A stretch of DNA of 64,000 nucleotides from Eledone cirrhosa (GCA_964016885.1 OZ024765.1:10230001-10294000); one strand, 5' to 3'; positions 1-13,104 are shown, numbered from the stretch's first letter. Numbers and translations are program-made. Notes: a model not told the origin generated them from the letters alone.

Positions 1-56
1 TAATATAATATATATACATAATATATATAATATAATATATATACATAATATATATA

Positions 57-121
<65 letters not shown>

Positions 122-421
122 TGATATATGTATACATAATATATATATATAATATATATATATAATATATAATATAATTGTTTCTACTTTTGGCACACGA
201 CCAGCAATTATCCCAAGGCAAAGTTACCCTCGGTGGTATAATATATATATATGATATATATATACATATATATATAATATATAATATATATATATGATAT
301 ATGTATACATATATATATAATATATAATATATATATATGATATATGTATACATATATATATAATAGATAATATATATATATACATATATAAATATATACA
401 TACACACACACACATATAGAT

Positions 422-466
<45 letters not shown>

Positions 467-677
467 AATATATACACACATATACATACACACATATATA
501 TATACACACACACATATATATATACACACACACACACACATATATATATACACACACACACACATATATATACACACACACATATATATACACACACACA
601 CACACATATATATACACACACACACACACATATATATATATACACACACACATATATATACACACACACACACACAC

Positions 678-811
<134 letters not shown>

Positions 812-873
812 ACAACACCAATAACAAACATGGCTGTAATAATTCTACTTCTTCTGCCAATATCTCCACAGAT

Positions 874-945
874 ATGGCAATAAGGACAATTCTTGTGGCC
901 TTGATTCTTACCAGCACATTTAATGATTTCACCGAATCAGCCATG
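874..945 (+). CDS. Coding exon 1 of secreted mucin-like chitin-binding (CBM14-like) protein: signal peptide MAIRTILVALILTSTFNDFTESAM
   Basis: Acceptor tctccacag|at just before ATG 874; hydrophobic N-terminus; donor ATG|gtaagt at 946; phase 0 matches the next exon. Confidence 0.8.
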
Positions 946-959
946 GTAAGTATTCTTCT

Positions 960-1200
960 TATTCATCATCCACTTATTCCTGAGAGGGTTGTAGAGGGCA
1001 GAAGGTCCAGTCATCTGGAAGCAGCCATCCCCAAATGATCCTGATGGACCCCAAAGCAAGACCAGCTGAGCTCATAGATGTTATCCAACCATCTTGCCGA
1101 GAGTGGGTCTGCCTCTGAGTCTCCTGCAAGTTGGTTTTGCCCGTAAAAATCTATCCAGCAATTCTTTCCATAGACATTCTAACCAAATGTCTGTAGTATC
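960..1200 (-). mobile_element. Degenerate RTE-type LINE 3' fragment
   Basis: Minus-strand translation contains RGRP..RWLDNI-like C-terminal RTE motif with frameshifts. Confidence 0.45.
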
Positions 1201-1257
1201 AGGGCTGTGATTTTTCTTTCTCTCTCTTGATATATATATATATATAAATATGCGTGG

Positions 1258-1313
<56 letters not shown>

Positions 1314-1380
1314 AAGGTTTAGAAAATAAGGAAAAAGTTTCAAAATAAATTTTAAAAAATTAACTTTACCTACTATAGCT

Positions 1381-1464
1381 ACCTTTACCGAATCGGTTTC
1401 GAATCTCAAAACTAAACGGAGACCATACGGCCTTCGTTGCAAAGAAAGATTCTCGTCAGAAGGT
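1381..1464 (-). ncRNA. Type I hammerhead ribozyme motif with extended stem II
   Basis: Reverse complement: acctt CTGACGA gaatct..[aacgaaggcc gtat ggtctccgtt]..agattc GAAA ccgattcgg TA aaggt; all three stems pair. Confidence 0.8.
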
Positions 1465-1734
1465 TCTTTACATTCGAAGAATATAAAATTCTCGAACTTA
1501 AATTAAAAACTGGCGCTATTCAAAATTGTTCCCGAGATGAGAGTGAATGAAGTAATAATAGAATATGTGTTCCTACACGCACAATGCGCTAAGGGACACA
1601 TGTATTGTCCAACCAAATGCCAATGTGGTTCAATGGCAGGTTAATAAATTAACGAGCCAGAACATATATAAACAAGGTTTAGCAAATAAGAAAAAAGTTT
1701 CAAAATAAATTTTATATATATATATATATATAAA

Positions 1735-2108
1735 TGAGGCAAGCATGCTCCATTGGATGTGCAGTGTAAATATGCGTCAACGACCCAGCATGAATGTGTT
1801 GAGAGAGAAACTGTGTCTGAGAGGGATAGAATGTAGTGTACGGGAGAGGAGACTGAGGTGGTATGGACATGTGATGCGTATGGAGGATGACCGATAGGTG
1901 AAGAAGTGCCAGGAAATGCCAGTTGAAGGAAGACGTGGTAGAGGTAGACCACGAAAAACATGGGCGGAGGTTGTGAGAACAGACCTCAGATCGTTGAAGC
2001 TCACGGTGGAGATGACGAAGGACCATGACGAGTGGAGAGATGCTGTGCTGAATAAGACCCGTCCCACCCTTGCAAGCAGGGAAGAGCGGACATAAAATGA
2101 TGATGATG
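1735..2108 (+). mobile_element. RTE-clade LINE 3' fragment
   Basis: [31 protein letters not shown], ending in a (TGA)n tail. Confidence 0.88.
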
Positions 2109-2468
2109 TACCTCCTCTTTATTTCGGCCGCGGATGGCCAACAACTCCATACAACATCCAGTCCTAAATAAATGAGGTCGTGTAGGTGTCACGACAAAAA
2201 AAAAACACAGTCCACGCTGTAATGTGGCCTTATAGGTAACACAGTAAAAACCTCCCAGTCCACACTGTAAACGTGGTTGTTGTTAGGAAGGGCATCCAGC
2301 CGTAGAAAACCTGCCAGACAGTCCTATACGAGCAAGACAACCAATCTTGCCTCAAGTGGGAAAATTCCCATCCAAACCCATGCTAGCGTGGAAGATGGAC
2401 GTTAAACAATGATGATGATGATGATGGTATATATATATATATATTACAAAAGGGAAGTAAGGTTCTAT

Positions 2469-2527
<59 letters not shown>

Positions 2528-2565
2528 ATATTAACAAATGGAAACTATATTTATAAAACCATATT

Positions 2566-2631
2566 TATTTTATTATACATATTTCAAGGGCCACCAAGGC
2601 AAATTATGGTGTGCTCTCATCAGATAAAATA
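2566..2631 (-). ncRNA. Minimal type I hammerhead (left arm of fold-back element)
   Basis: Reverse complement: tattttat CTGATGA gagcacacca..tggtggccctt GAAA tatgta TA ataaaata. Confidence 0.78.
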
Positions 2632-2714
2632 CAATACAGATAGGAAGCTCCAACCGTTAAGGTTGTCTTTTTTCAGGGTATGTCAATATTTATTTATAAA
2701 ACAAATCTGTATTG

Positions 2715-2780
2715 TATTTTATCTGATGAAAGCGCACCATAATTTGCTTTGGTGGCCCTTGAAATATGTATAATGAAATA
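2715..2780 (+). ncRNA. Minimal type I hammerhead (right arm of fold-back element)
   Basis: tattttat CTGATGA aagcgcacca..tggtggccctt GAAA tatgta TA atgaaata. Confidence 0.78.
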
Positions 2781-2975
2781 AATATGGTTTTATAAATATA
2801 GTTTCCATTTGTTAATATATTGTATATTTACTCCACTTATCGGTTGAGTGCTTTATATCAGTTATAAAAATGTTTAAGCTTGTTGAATCCCAACAAATTA
2901 AATATAACCTCTGCATATATATATATATGTTGTAGTAAAAGTATAAAAATATATATAGTATATATTATTGTGCAG

Positions 2976-3147
2976 ATCAGACGCAGTACATCGTGCCATT
3001 TCAAACTGTTGCCAAGTAATCCCAGTCTTTACTATGAAGTAGTATACAGCGGTGGCTATCTCGTCAGACATTGTACATATGGCAGTGTATTTGATGCCAT
3101 AAAATGTGCATGTGAAAAGAAAGCAGGGGGCAAAGAAGATGATATTG
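2976..3147 (+). CDS. Coding exon 2: chitin-binding-like module 1 (IRRSTSCHFKLLPSNPSLYYEVVYSGGYLVRHCTYGSVFDAIKCACEKKAGGKEDDI)
   Basis: tgcag| acceptor, G|gtaagt donor, 172 nt, phase 0-1; motif C..NPxxYYE..G..RxCxxGxxFxxxxCxC. Confidence 0.88.
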
Positions 3148-3230
3148 GTAAGTAACTCCCCTTGTCTTTGTTTCTCCTCCATTTTATTTTCTGTATGTGT
3201 AGTAATACTGCGTGCATATATATATATATG

Positions 3231-3566
3231 GGGCACATGGCTTAGTGGTTAGAGCATTGGCCTTGCAATCGAAGGGTTGTGAGTTCAATTCTCAGACCGG
3301 GTGATGTGTTGTTTCCTTGAGCAAGACACTTTATTTCACATTGCTTCAGTTTACTCAGCTGTAGAAATGAGATGATAGGGACTGGGGTCCATATCATTCC
3401 ACTGCAAAGTGGTCGTGGAGGTGCCACGGCATAAAAGCACCCAGCACTCACTGTAAAAATGAGGTTGGTGTTAGGAAGGGCATCCAGCTGTAGAAATCAA
3501 GCCAGAATCAGTTCCCGTCCCACCCTTGCAAGCAGGGAAAAGCGGACGTAAAATGAAATGATGATG

Positions 3567-3567
<1 letters not shown>
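3231..3567 (+). mobile_element. tRNA-derived SINE with CORE-like centre and RTE-derived tail (copies 23617-23947 -, 29411-29640 - partial, 43517-43860 +, head at 18005-18125)
   Basis: A box tggcttagtgg, B box gagttcaattc, ccttgagcaagacactt, tail cccacccttgcaagcagggaaaagcggacgtaaaatga(tga)n shared with RTE 3' end. Confidence 0.88.
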
Positions 3568-3597
<30 letters not shown>

Positions 3598-3914
3598 CAT
3601 ATATATCACATATATATAACATATATATATATATATAACATATATATATATACATATATATAACATATATATACATGCTTCCCGAAATACGCCAAAACTA
3701 CACCTGATGTACCCCTTCCATACACATGCACACATGTGTATCATGACTCGTGCACTGTTCATTTTGCTGATGTTTGTGCATTGCCCTATGTACTGTACAT
3801 GCACTTTTTGATGAGTTGTGGTGCACCTGGGCACTGTACACAATATTTCATTATTATTATTATTATTATTATATATAACATATATATATATATATAACAT
3901 ATATATATATATGC

Positions 3915-3963
<49 letters not shown>

Positions 3964-4007
3964 CATATATATATATAACATATATATATATATATATATA
4001 TATATGC

Positions 4008-4041
<34 letters not shown>

Positions 4042-4098
4042 GTTGATTTAAAACTGCACTATCCACAAGTGTTTTTTAACCTTCATATCATGTCTTCC

Positions 4099-4169
4099 TG
4101 TTTTATCTGATGAAAACACAAATATTATTGCATGATGATATTTGTTTTTGAAATGCGCATAATAAAATA
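4099..4169 (+). ncRNA. Minimal type I hammerhead with perfect palindromic stem III
   Basis: tgttttat CTGATGA aaacacaaatatt..gatatttgttttt GAAA tgcgca TA ataaaata. Confidence 0.8.
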
Positions 4170-4416
4170 CATGGAACTCTTTTAACCATCTTTTGTTCTT
4201 ATATATTATATATACATATATATATATATACATATATACACATACATACACATATATATATATACATATATACACATATATATATATACATATATATATA
4301 CATATATATTACACATATATATATATATATATATTACACATATATATACATAGATAGATAGATAGATACAAATACATAGACACACATATATACATACATA
4401 CATTCATATACACACA

Positions 4417-4474
<58 letters not shown>

Positions 4475-4677
4475 AAAGGTAAACAGAAATAACAACAAAA
4501 TCAGTACAGTATATAGAAGGGATATATTAGGTTAACACTTGATATAGCATATATATATATACATATATATACATATATACATATATATACATATATATAT
4601 ATATACATATGCATATATATACATATATATACATATACATATATATACATATATATACATAGATACATATATACATA

Positions 4678-4715
<38 letters not shown>

Positions 4716-4754
4716 TATAAGTATTAATAAAATAGATGTTCTTTTGATCAATTA

Positions 4755-4810
4755 CATTTTATTATACATATTTCGGATGTAGAACAGTACGTCCTCATCA
4801 GACAAAATAT
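4755..4810 (-). ncRNA. Minimal type I hammerhead (left arm)
   Basis: Reverse complement: attttgt CTGATGA ggacgtactgttctacatcc GAAA tatgta TA ataaaat. Confidence 0.78.
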
Positions 4811-5130
4811 AATGATACATGACATACCCTGAGATGTTAAATGGTTAAGATTTAATCAAGGTAGTGATTACCCGATAGAAAATTTTGCTTATATAATGTG
4901 TGTGTGAGAGTGCGAAAACGTAATGAATTCATTAGAGAGTGTGTGAGTAAGAAAAAAGTAAGAAAAGAGTAAGAATGCAACGTTTTTTCTTACTCACACA
5001 CTCTCTAATGAATTCATTAGGTTTTCGCACTCTCACACACATATTATATAAGCAAAATTTTCTATCGGGTAATCACTACCTTGATTAAATCTTAACCATT
5101 TAACATCTCAGGGTATGTCATGTAACATTA

Positions 5131-5186
5131 TATTTTGTCTGATGAAGACGTACTGTTGTACATCCGAAATATGTATAATAAATTGT
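5131..5186 (+). ncRNA. Minimal type I hammerhead (right arm)
   Basis: tattttgt CTGATGA agacgtactgttgtacatcc GAAA tatgta TA ataaatt. Confidence 0.72.
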
Positions 5187-5425
5187 AATTGATCAAAAGA
5201 ACATCTATTTTATTAATACTTATATTTTAATATTAATAACTCCGGAAAATTATAAACCGTTGAGTGCTTCCAATCTACTGTAAAACTCATTCTTTGACAT
5301 AATCATTGAATATTGTTTAACAACATAATACATATATATATACAAACATATATATATATATATATATATATGTATATGTATACATATATATATGTATATA
5401 TATATATGTATATATATATATAAAC

Positions 5426-5467
<42 letters not shown>

Positions 5468-5499
5468 GTATACATATATATATGTATATATATATATAT

Positions 5500-5800
5500 A
5501 AGCATAAATGAATTGAGAGAGAGACTGAGCATAAGAGGAATCAAATGCTGTGTGCAGGAGAGGCGGTTGCGCTGGTATGGACATGTGATGCGTATGAAGG
5601 ATGACAGCTGCATAAAAAGGTGCAGAGCACTAGAAGTTGATGGAAACCGCGGAGTGGGGAGACCCAAGATGACCTGGGATGAGGTGATAAAAGCCGACCT
5701 TACCCAATTACACCTCTTAAAGACAATGACACACGACCGTGACTTCTGGCGTCACACAGTAATACAGAGTACCCGACCTCCCATGGGTACAAGCTGAAGC
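5500..5800 (+). mobile_element. RTE-clade LINE 3' fragment followed by SINE-type tail to ~6100
   Basis: [31 protein letters not shown]. Confidence 0.88.
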
Positions 5801-6160
5801 ATATAAACAATATGCCCCCACACCCCCCCACCGCAAGGTGGTCGTGGAGGTGCCACGGCAAAAAAGCACCCAGCCCACACTGTAAAGTGGACGTGTAGGC
5901 GCCACGAAAAAGCACCCAGCACTCACTGTAAATGAGGTTGGTGTTAGGAAGGGCATCCAGCTGTAGAAATCAAGCCAGATCAGTTCCTGTATGAGCAAGG
6001 CATGGTCAGCCGACCAGACACTGCCCACAACAGGACAACCCGTCTAACCCATGCTAGCGTGGAAGAACGGACGTAAAACGGTGATGATGATGATGATGAT
6101 GATATATATGTATATATATATATACAAACATATATATATATATGTATATGTATACATATA

Positions 6161-6207
<47 letters not shown>

Positions 6208-6234
6208 GTATATATATGTATATATATATATATG

Positions 6235-6265
<31 letters not shown>

Positions 6266-6267
6266 GA

Positions 6268-6313
<46 letters not shown>

Positions 6314-6768
6314 CTAAATGTATATCATAATCTATAAAGCTCAGTGTGTGGTCATGCTCCTTTCTTATAGAAATCTACGATATAGAATTTCTTCAATTGA
6401 AATTTACAATTCAGTATTCGAAATAGCATCGATTGCGTCTTGGTACATCTAATTTTTTCAATTTCACCCACAATTAGGAAAAAAATAGATAAAACTCAAT
6501 ATTTTACGATTTTCCTCTGTCATTTAAACTGCCACTACCATTCAAAATCTATACAACTTCATACTTTCTGCTACTTTCTCTTTCCAAGCTTGATGGTGAT
6601 ACTGTCCGTTTTACTCTCTCATATCATCTGACAACGTGCGTGATTGCCGAAGAGAGAGAGAGAAGAGAGTGAGAGGGAGAGAGATAGAGAACGTTTATTA
6701 TTACATAAAGTACCAGTAATGTACTGGGTTATTGCTGGCCTTGTGCCAAAAAAGTAGAAACAATTATT

Positions 6769-7515
6769 ACATTTCATACGAAACGACATTATATAGGGGC
6801 TACCTCCGGCCCGTTCAAAATTAGGTTTCGAACACATCTCCACTCTTTCACAAATAGAAAACTAAGGCACTCCACTTCGCTCGCGGACTACATCACATCA
6901 CTAAAGGACTTAAACATCAGCTTCTCCACGCACTGGGAGATTGTCGGCAGGGCTGCACCGTACAACTTCAAGAGGAAATGCGATCTTTGCCTCATGGAGC
7001 TCTACCACATCATAACTGCACCCCACGCACTCATCAACAGCAGAGCTGAAACAGCGATAAGTTTTACACATCGCTTAAAAATATCCTTCTTCAGATGGGT
7101 TAAGAATGAGGAGTGAAACCGTGCACCGGATCTCGCTGCAACAAGTCTTAACACGCCGGCGGGCAGGCGCTGCAAAATAACACCCAGGAAACAATCCTTG
7201 CATACCAGACCCAGCCTCAAACGACTCAGACAAACATGCGGCAAAAAAAATAAATAAATAAAAAATTTGTCCGGGAAAGACTGCCCTAACACCGGCCAGA
7301 GTTACCTCCCTTGACCTGCTGCAAAATCAAAACAAGCTATTTTTGCGAGCAATGAACCTTGATGTGGATTTAACCCAAAAACTCTTTCCGAGCAATATAA
7401 GGAACACTTTTGATTTTTTATGCCCTTGAGAAGCCCAACTGGGCGAAACGTACGTAGGTGCTGTTTTAAATAAACATGTTTTAACGGTCTATTCTCCGAT
7501 TTCTTACTTTCCCAC
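6769..7515 (+). mobile_element. 3' fragment of a second PLE (Naiad-like GIY-YIG C-terminal half plus 3' UTR/pLTR)
   Basis: Hand translation 6769-7116: HYIGATSGPFKIRFRTHLHSF..STSLADYITSLK..WEIVGRAAPY..KCDLCLME..LINSRAE; hammerhead-like motif at ~7421-7462; ends at (TA)n. Confidence 0.78.
7421..7462 (+). ncRNA. Hammerhead variant (U3-A8 core) in Naiad-like pLTR
   Basis: TTGAGAA gccc aact gggc GAAA cgtacg TA gg; palindromic ACGTACGT stem III; stem I is weak. Confidence 0.55.
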
Positions 7516-7525
7516 GTATATATAC

Positions 7526-7560
<35 letters not shown>

Positions 7561-7625
7561 CATATATACATATATATATATACATATATACATATACATA
7601 TATACATATACATATATACATATAC

Positions 7626-7656
<31 letters not shown>

Positions 7657-7663
7657 CATATAC

Positions 7664-7694
<31 letters not shown>

Positions 7695-7737
7695 CATATA
7701 CATATATATATATATACATATACATATATACATATAC

Positions 7738-7768
<31 letters not shown>

Positions 7769-7975
7769 CATATACATATATATATATATACATATACATA
7801 TATACATATACATATATATATATACATATATACATATACATATATACATATACATATATATATATATACATATACATATATATACATATACATATATATA
7901 CATATACATATATACATATACATATATATATATACATATACATATATATATATACATATACATATATATACATAC

Positions 7976-8046
<71 letters not shown>

Positions 8047-8067
8047 CATATACATATATACATATAC

Positions 8068-8098
<31 letters not shown>

Positions 8099-8437
8099 CA
8101 TATATTTATATATATACATATATATATATACATATACATATATTTATATATATACATATATATATATACATATACATATATATATATACATATACATATA
8201 CATATATATATATATATACATATATATATACATATACATATATATATACATATACATATATATATATACATATATACATATATATATATACATATATACA
8301 TATATATATATACATATATACATATATACATATATATATATACATATATACATATATATATACATATATATATATACATATATACATATATATATATACA
8401 TATATACATATATACATATATATATATACATATATAC

Positions 8438-8468
<31 letters not shown>

Positions 8469-8469
8469 C

Positions 8470-8500
<31 letters not shown>

Positions 8501-8513
8501 CATATATATATAC

Positions 8514-8544
<31 letters not shown>

Positions 8545-8663
8545 CATATATATATATCCATATATACATATATACATATATACATATACATACATATATA
8601 TACATATATATATATACATACATACATACATATACATACATATATATACATACATACATACAT

Positions 8664-8702
<39 letters not shown>

Positions 8703-8794
8703 CATACATACATACATATACATACATATATATATATACATACACATACATACATATATATACATATATATATATATATATACATACACATACA

Positions 8795-8832
<38 letters not shown>

Positions 8833-8865
8833 CACATACATACATATATATACATATATACATAC

Positions 8866-8913
<48 letters not shown>

Positions 8914-8919
8914 GTGTGT

Positions 8920-8973
<54 letters not shown>

Positions 8974-9059
8974 ATACATATATACATGATTTTTATCTTT
9001 TTGCCTGAAATATTTAAATATGTGAGACCCCTTTTTTCTTTGTTTCCTTAAAATTTCAG

Positions 9060-9416
9060 AAGAGATGGTTAGTAAGATTGAAGAATATAATGGAGCAGGA
9101 TCAACAGTTGTGGTAACAAATCCAGATGTTGAGTACATCACTAACACAGTTGTGGCAGAACCACTTCTTCATCCTCCTCCTCCTCCTCCAACAACAACAA
9201 CCCCAACAACACCACCACCACCACCACCCATAGCCACAACAACAACAACAACAACAACAGCAACAACAGCAGCAAAAACAAAAGCAACGACAGCAACAGC
9301 AACAAAAGCGGAGGCAACAGAAACAACAGGAGAAGAGGCACTGGAAACAGCATCAGCAGAAGCAGAAGTAGCGACAGCAACATGTACAGCAACACCAGCA
9401 GAAACAACAACAGCAA

Positions 9417-9459
<43 letters not shown>

Positions 9460-9767
9460 AACGGTATTACCAATCACAAAAGACAAAGAAACTTCAGTAG
9501 TTTTAGAAATAAAAATCTGCACGGATAATGAAACATCTACAACAGCAACGAATTGTTCTGAAACATCTACAGATACACCTCCGAAGGTGTCTCGCATGAT
9601 AAATGTCACCCATACACGTGTAGTGGTAGTAGAAGATGGGTCCAGCGACAGTGAGGATAGCACAGCGGAGCAAGTGTCTGCGTCTGAAGTTGATGGCGAG
9701 AGTGATGACAGTGTGTCTGCATCGGAGGAGGATCTGCCTACACCTCTAAATCTAAACAGACATCATT
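9060..9767 (+). CDS. Coding exon 3: mucin-like Pro/Thr/Ala tract and acidic Ser/Asp/Glu segment
   Basis: tttcag| acceptor at 9059, T|gtgagt donor at 9768, 708 nt, phase 1-1; in frame with ORF 9065-9775. Confidence 0.85.
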
Positions 9768-9804
9768 GTGAGTAACAAAATTATGAATATATATATATAT
9801 ATAT

Positions 9805-12293
9805 ATTGTTATACTTTGGGAGGGTCATGTTGCCAATAAGAAACACACGCACCAGTTGCTTTCACTTCAGTTTATTATAATAAATTTATAATAAATTTAT
9901 AAATTTATAAATTTCTGGTTGGTTGGTTGGTTCCACAACCAGATAGTTGTTTATATATTGTCATAGTTCTTTCGTCGCACACTCTGTGACCTCTTCAGTG
10001 ACTGGGGATTCCTTTCTTTGTTTCTGTGCCTCTCCTTTATTCTGTCCTACGCCATTTTGTTTCTGTGTGTGTGTGTTGTGTGCTCAGTCTGCGCATGCGC
10101 CACATCCGGGTGTCTGTGTGTGTTTATGTTCATTTATTTATTTGTTTATTTACATGTTACTGGTTGGTTGTTTGTTCTATGTGTGTGTGTGTTTTCATTT
10201 TGTCCTTAATTGTAAGTTGTGATGTTGCTGTTCCACTCATATTTTCTATTTAATTTTGGTTGTAATTCTTTTATGTTTATTGCCTCTGTAATTTGTCTAA
10301 ACATTGCGTCTTTTCTGTGTGTAGATTCTATTTTTATTTCTATGTTCTCTAATTTACCCTTGTGTTCTATTTTAGCATGTTGGTAGAGTACAGATGATTC
10401 TTTACTATCTTGAAGGTCTCGCCAGTGTTCATTTATCCGTTCTCCTACACTACGAGCTGTCTCACCTATGTACACTATATTTTTGTCTCTACATTGTCCT
10501 TCAGTACATCTTATGCTATACACTACATTTCTAGTTTTGCAGTTAATATGGGGGCTTATTTTACAGGTTATACATTTCTTATCTATACATGAGGGTCTTT
10601 GAAAAGGGTATGTCTTGCTAATAAGTGTTTTTATGGAGGTACCTGGTCTTTCTACTATCTTAATATTGAGTTTATGTTTGTTTAGGGCCCTTCTAAATTT
10701 GTAAGCTAATTCCCCTCTAGGGGTTGTATCGATGAACATTACACTCTGGTATTTATTGCTATCATACCATGAGTTTATTCTATTAGCCTTGTTCCTAGTT
10801 CTTTCTATTCTATTCCAAAATTTGCTCCTATACAAGGGGCAGGTCCCATTTATGTCATTATTTACCATTTTTTCCCATTTGGTTCTGGCTCCTCTATACA
10901 CTCTGATTTTATCTCTCTGATTGTAGCCAGAGAACTGCATACGGTGGATGAAGTGTTGTATGTGTCTCTCTAGTTCTTCGGGGTTGCACATGCGGGACAC
11001 GTTTCTCATCACCCGTACCAAATCCGCAATCAGTATGTTGATTTTGGTATGGTCCGAAACGGCCGAGTTTCGGTGGATCAAATGTTTGGAAGTCATGGGT
11101 TTGGCATAATGGGAATGGAGGATTTGTTTTTTGTTGTTAATGGTATCCAACCAGAGCTCTGTGTCTAGTACAGGTAATCGATGGTTGGGGTGTTTACTTG
11201 GGTAGTCTATAGTAACTCTAATGCTCTGGTGGATGGAGTTTGCTATTTGCTGGATGCTTTCCATTGTGTTTTTCTCTAGTTCCTGACTGTTCTCTAGAGG
11301 GGGTGTCTTAACTACGATGTTTATATCATCAACGTAGCGGGAGTACATTATCAGGGTTAAGGGGGCTTCTAATTGTTCTTTAAGTTTAAGTTTAAGTCTA
11401 CTGTCCCACCATACCATGAATAAGTTAGCTATGTCGCCTGCAATGCTAATACCAATGGCTGCTCCTTCCTCTTGGGCATATGTTTTTCCATTAAATTTGA
11501 ACATATGTTCCTTAAGGGTTAGTTTTATGCTGGCCCCTACCGCATGTGCAATCATTTTCTTCAGTTCATCGTGGTTTTCGGGTGTCCGTATAGCTCTGGT
11601 CCACCCGTTCCATCTATCTGTGTGGGTTTTCTTGGCCATTGAGGTAATGGTAGGTGGTCTGCCTCTTGCTGGTCTTGTAGGGCACAGGTTGCTATGGTCA
11701 TATGGGTCTAGGTAATTATTACTATAGGTAAGTTTAAGTAGGAGTCCCAGCTCACTGGTATCAATCCCACGGAACTCAACCTTGCTCTCGCTGATCATTT
11801 CTACGCATTTCTCCACAGCAAAATCCACGTCAATAGATGGATACAGGGACACAACATCCATACTACCTATTATGCAGTTTGTTAGGTCCCTAGATCGGTT
11901 ACTCACGCCGATTCTACTGGGGAGGTCCTCCGTGCTGTCACATACATCTGGGGACATTTCAATGATGGGGCGTATGATCAGGGAGAGGAAGTAGGACAGT
12001 CTGTAGTTACTAGCAATGTTAGCTCCACAGACTGGCCGTGTTGGTGGTCCCGTGACAGGGTCACTGCCCGTTTTATGGTCTTTTCGAAGCCCATACAACG
12101 CCGGCACGTCATTGTTCCAGGCCTGGAAGTTGTTGGCAGTCCTTTTGTTGGGCTGCATTATATTCGTCCACATCACCATATGGGCATTGAGGGCTTTTTC
12201 TCTATCCTCATGCTCCTGTGGTGTTACCTCTCTTGTGTTAGTGATGTGGGGTTGCATTGCCTGGATGTAGTTTGGCAGGTTGTCAACCGACAT
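9805..12293 (-). mobile_element. Penelope-like retroelement, 5'-truncated: RT + Cys-rich linker + GIY-YIG endonuclease, 3' pLTR with hammerhead
   Basis: Uninterrupted frame 12293-10206 with [27 protein letters not shown], CxxxxCxx[18 protein letters not shown]; flanked by (TA)n on both sides. Confidence 0.93.
9958..10003 (-). ncRNA. Hammerhead in 3' pLTR of the Penelope element
   Basis: Reverse complement: gtca CTGAAGA ggtcacagagtgtgcgac GAAA gaac TA tgac. Confidence 0.75.
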
Positions 12294-12317
12294 GTGTATA
12301 TACATATATATACATAC

Positions 12318-12350
<33 letters not shown>

Positions 12351-12352
12351 AA

Positions 12353-12419
<67 letters not shown>

Positions 12420-12805
12420 TATATATATATATATGTGTATATATACATATATATATATATATATAATCATCATCATCATCATCATCTTACGTCCGTTTTT
12501 CCCTGCTATATATACATGAGAGGAAACAGAATCGTACCACTCATGATGTTACAGGTGTGTGACAAAAGAACTTTGACAGACTATATATATACATACACAT
12601 ATATATACATACATACATATATATATATACACATACATATATATATATATACATATATACGCATACATATATATATATATACATACATATATATATACAT
12701 ATATATAAGAGAGTGTTGAAGTTTGCTTGAAGCATTGTGGAATAATAAAATTGGTCGTTTTGGAAGCCTCAACAATATATGTATATATATATATATGTGT
12801 ATATT

Positions 12806-12837
<32 letters not shown>

Positions 12838-12842
12838 CATAC

Positions 12843-13072
<230 letters not shown>

Positions 13073-13104
13073 ATATATATACACATATATATATATATAT
13101 ACAC

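Noticed and set aside
3231-3305. tRNA gene
   Set aside because: The A/B boxes continue into a SINE body repeated several times in the window; no intact cloverleaf
9141-9663. Minus-strand poly-Leu/Val ORFs
   Set aside because: Antisense shadows of the mucin exon
12294-12485. N-terminal extension of the Penelope ORF
   Set aside because: (TA)n and SINE tail sequence fortuitously in frame
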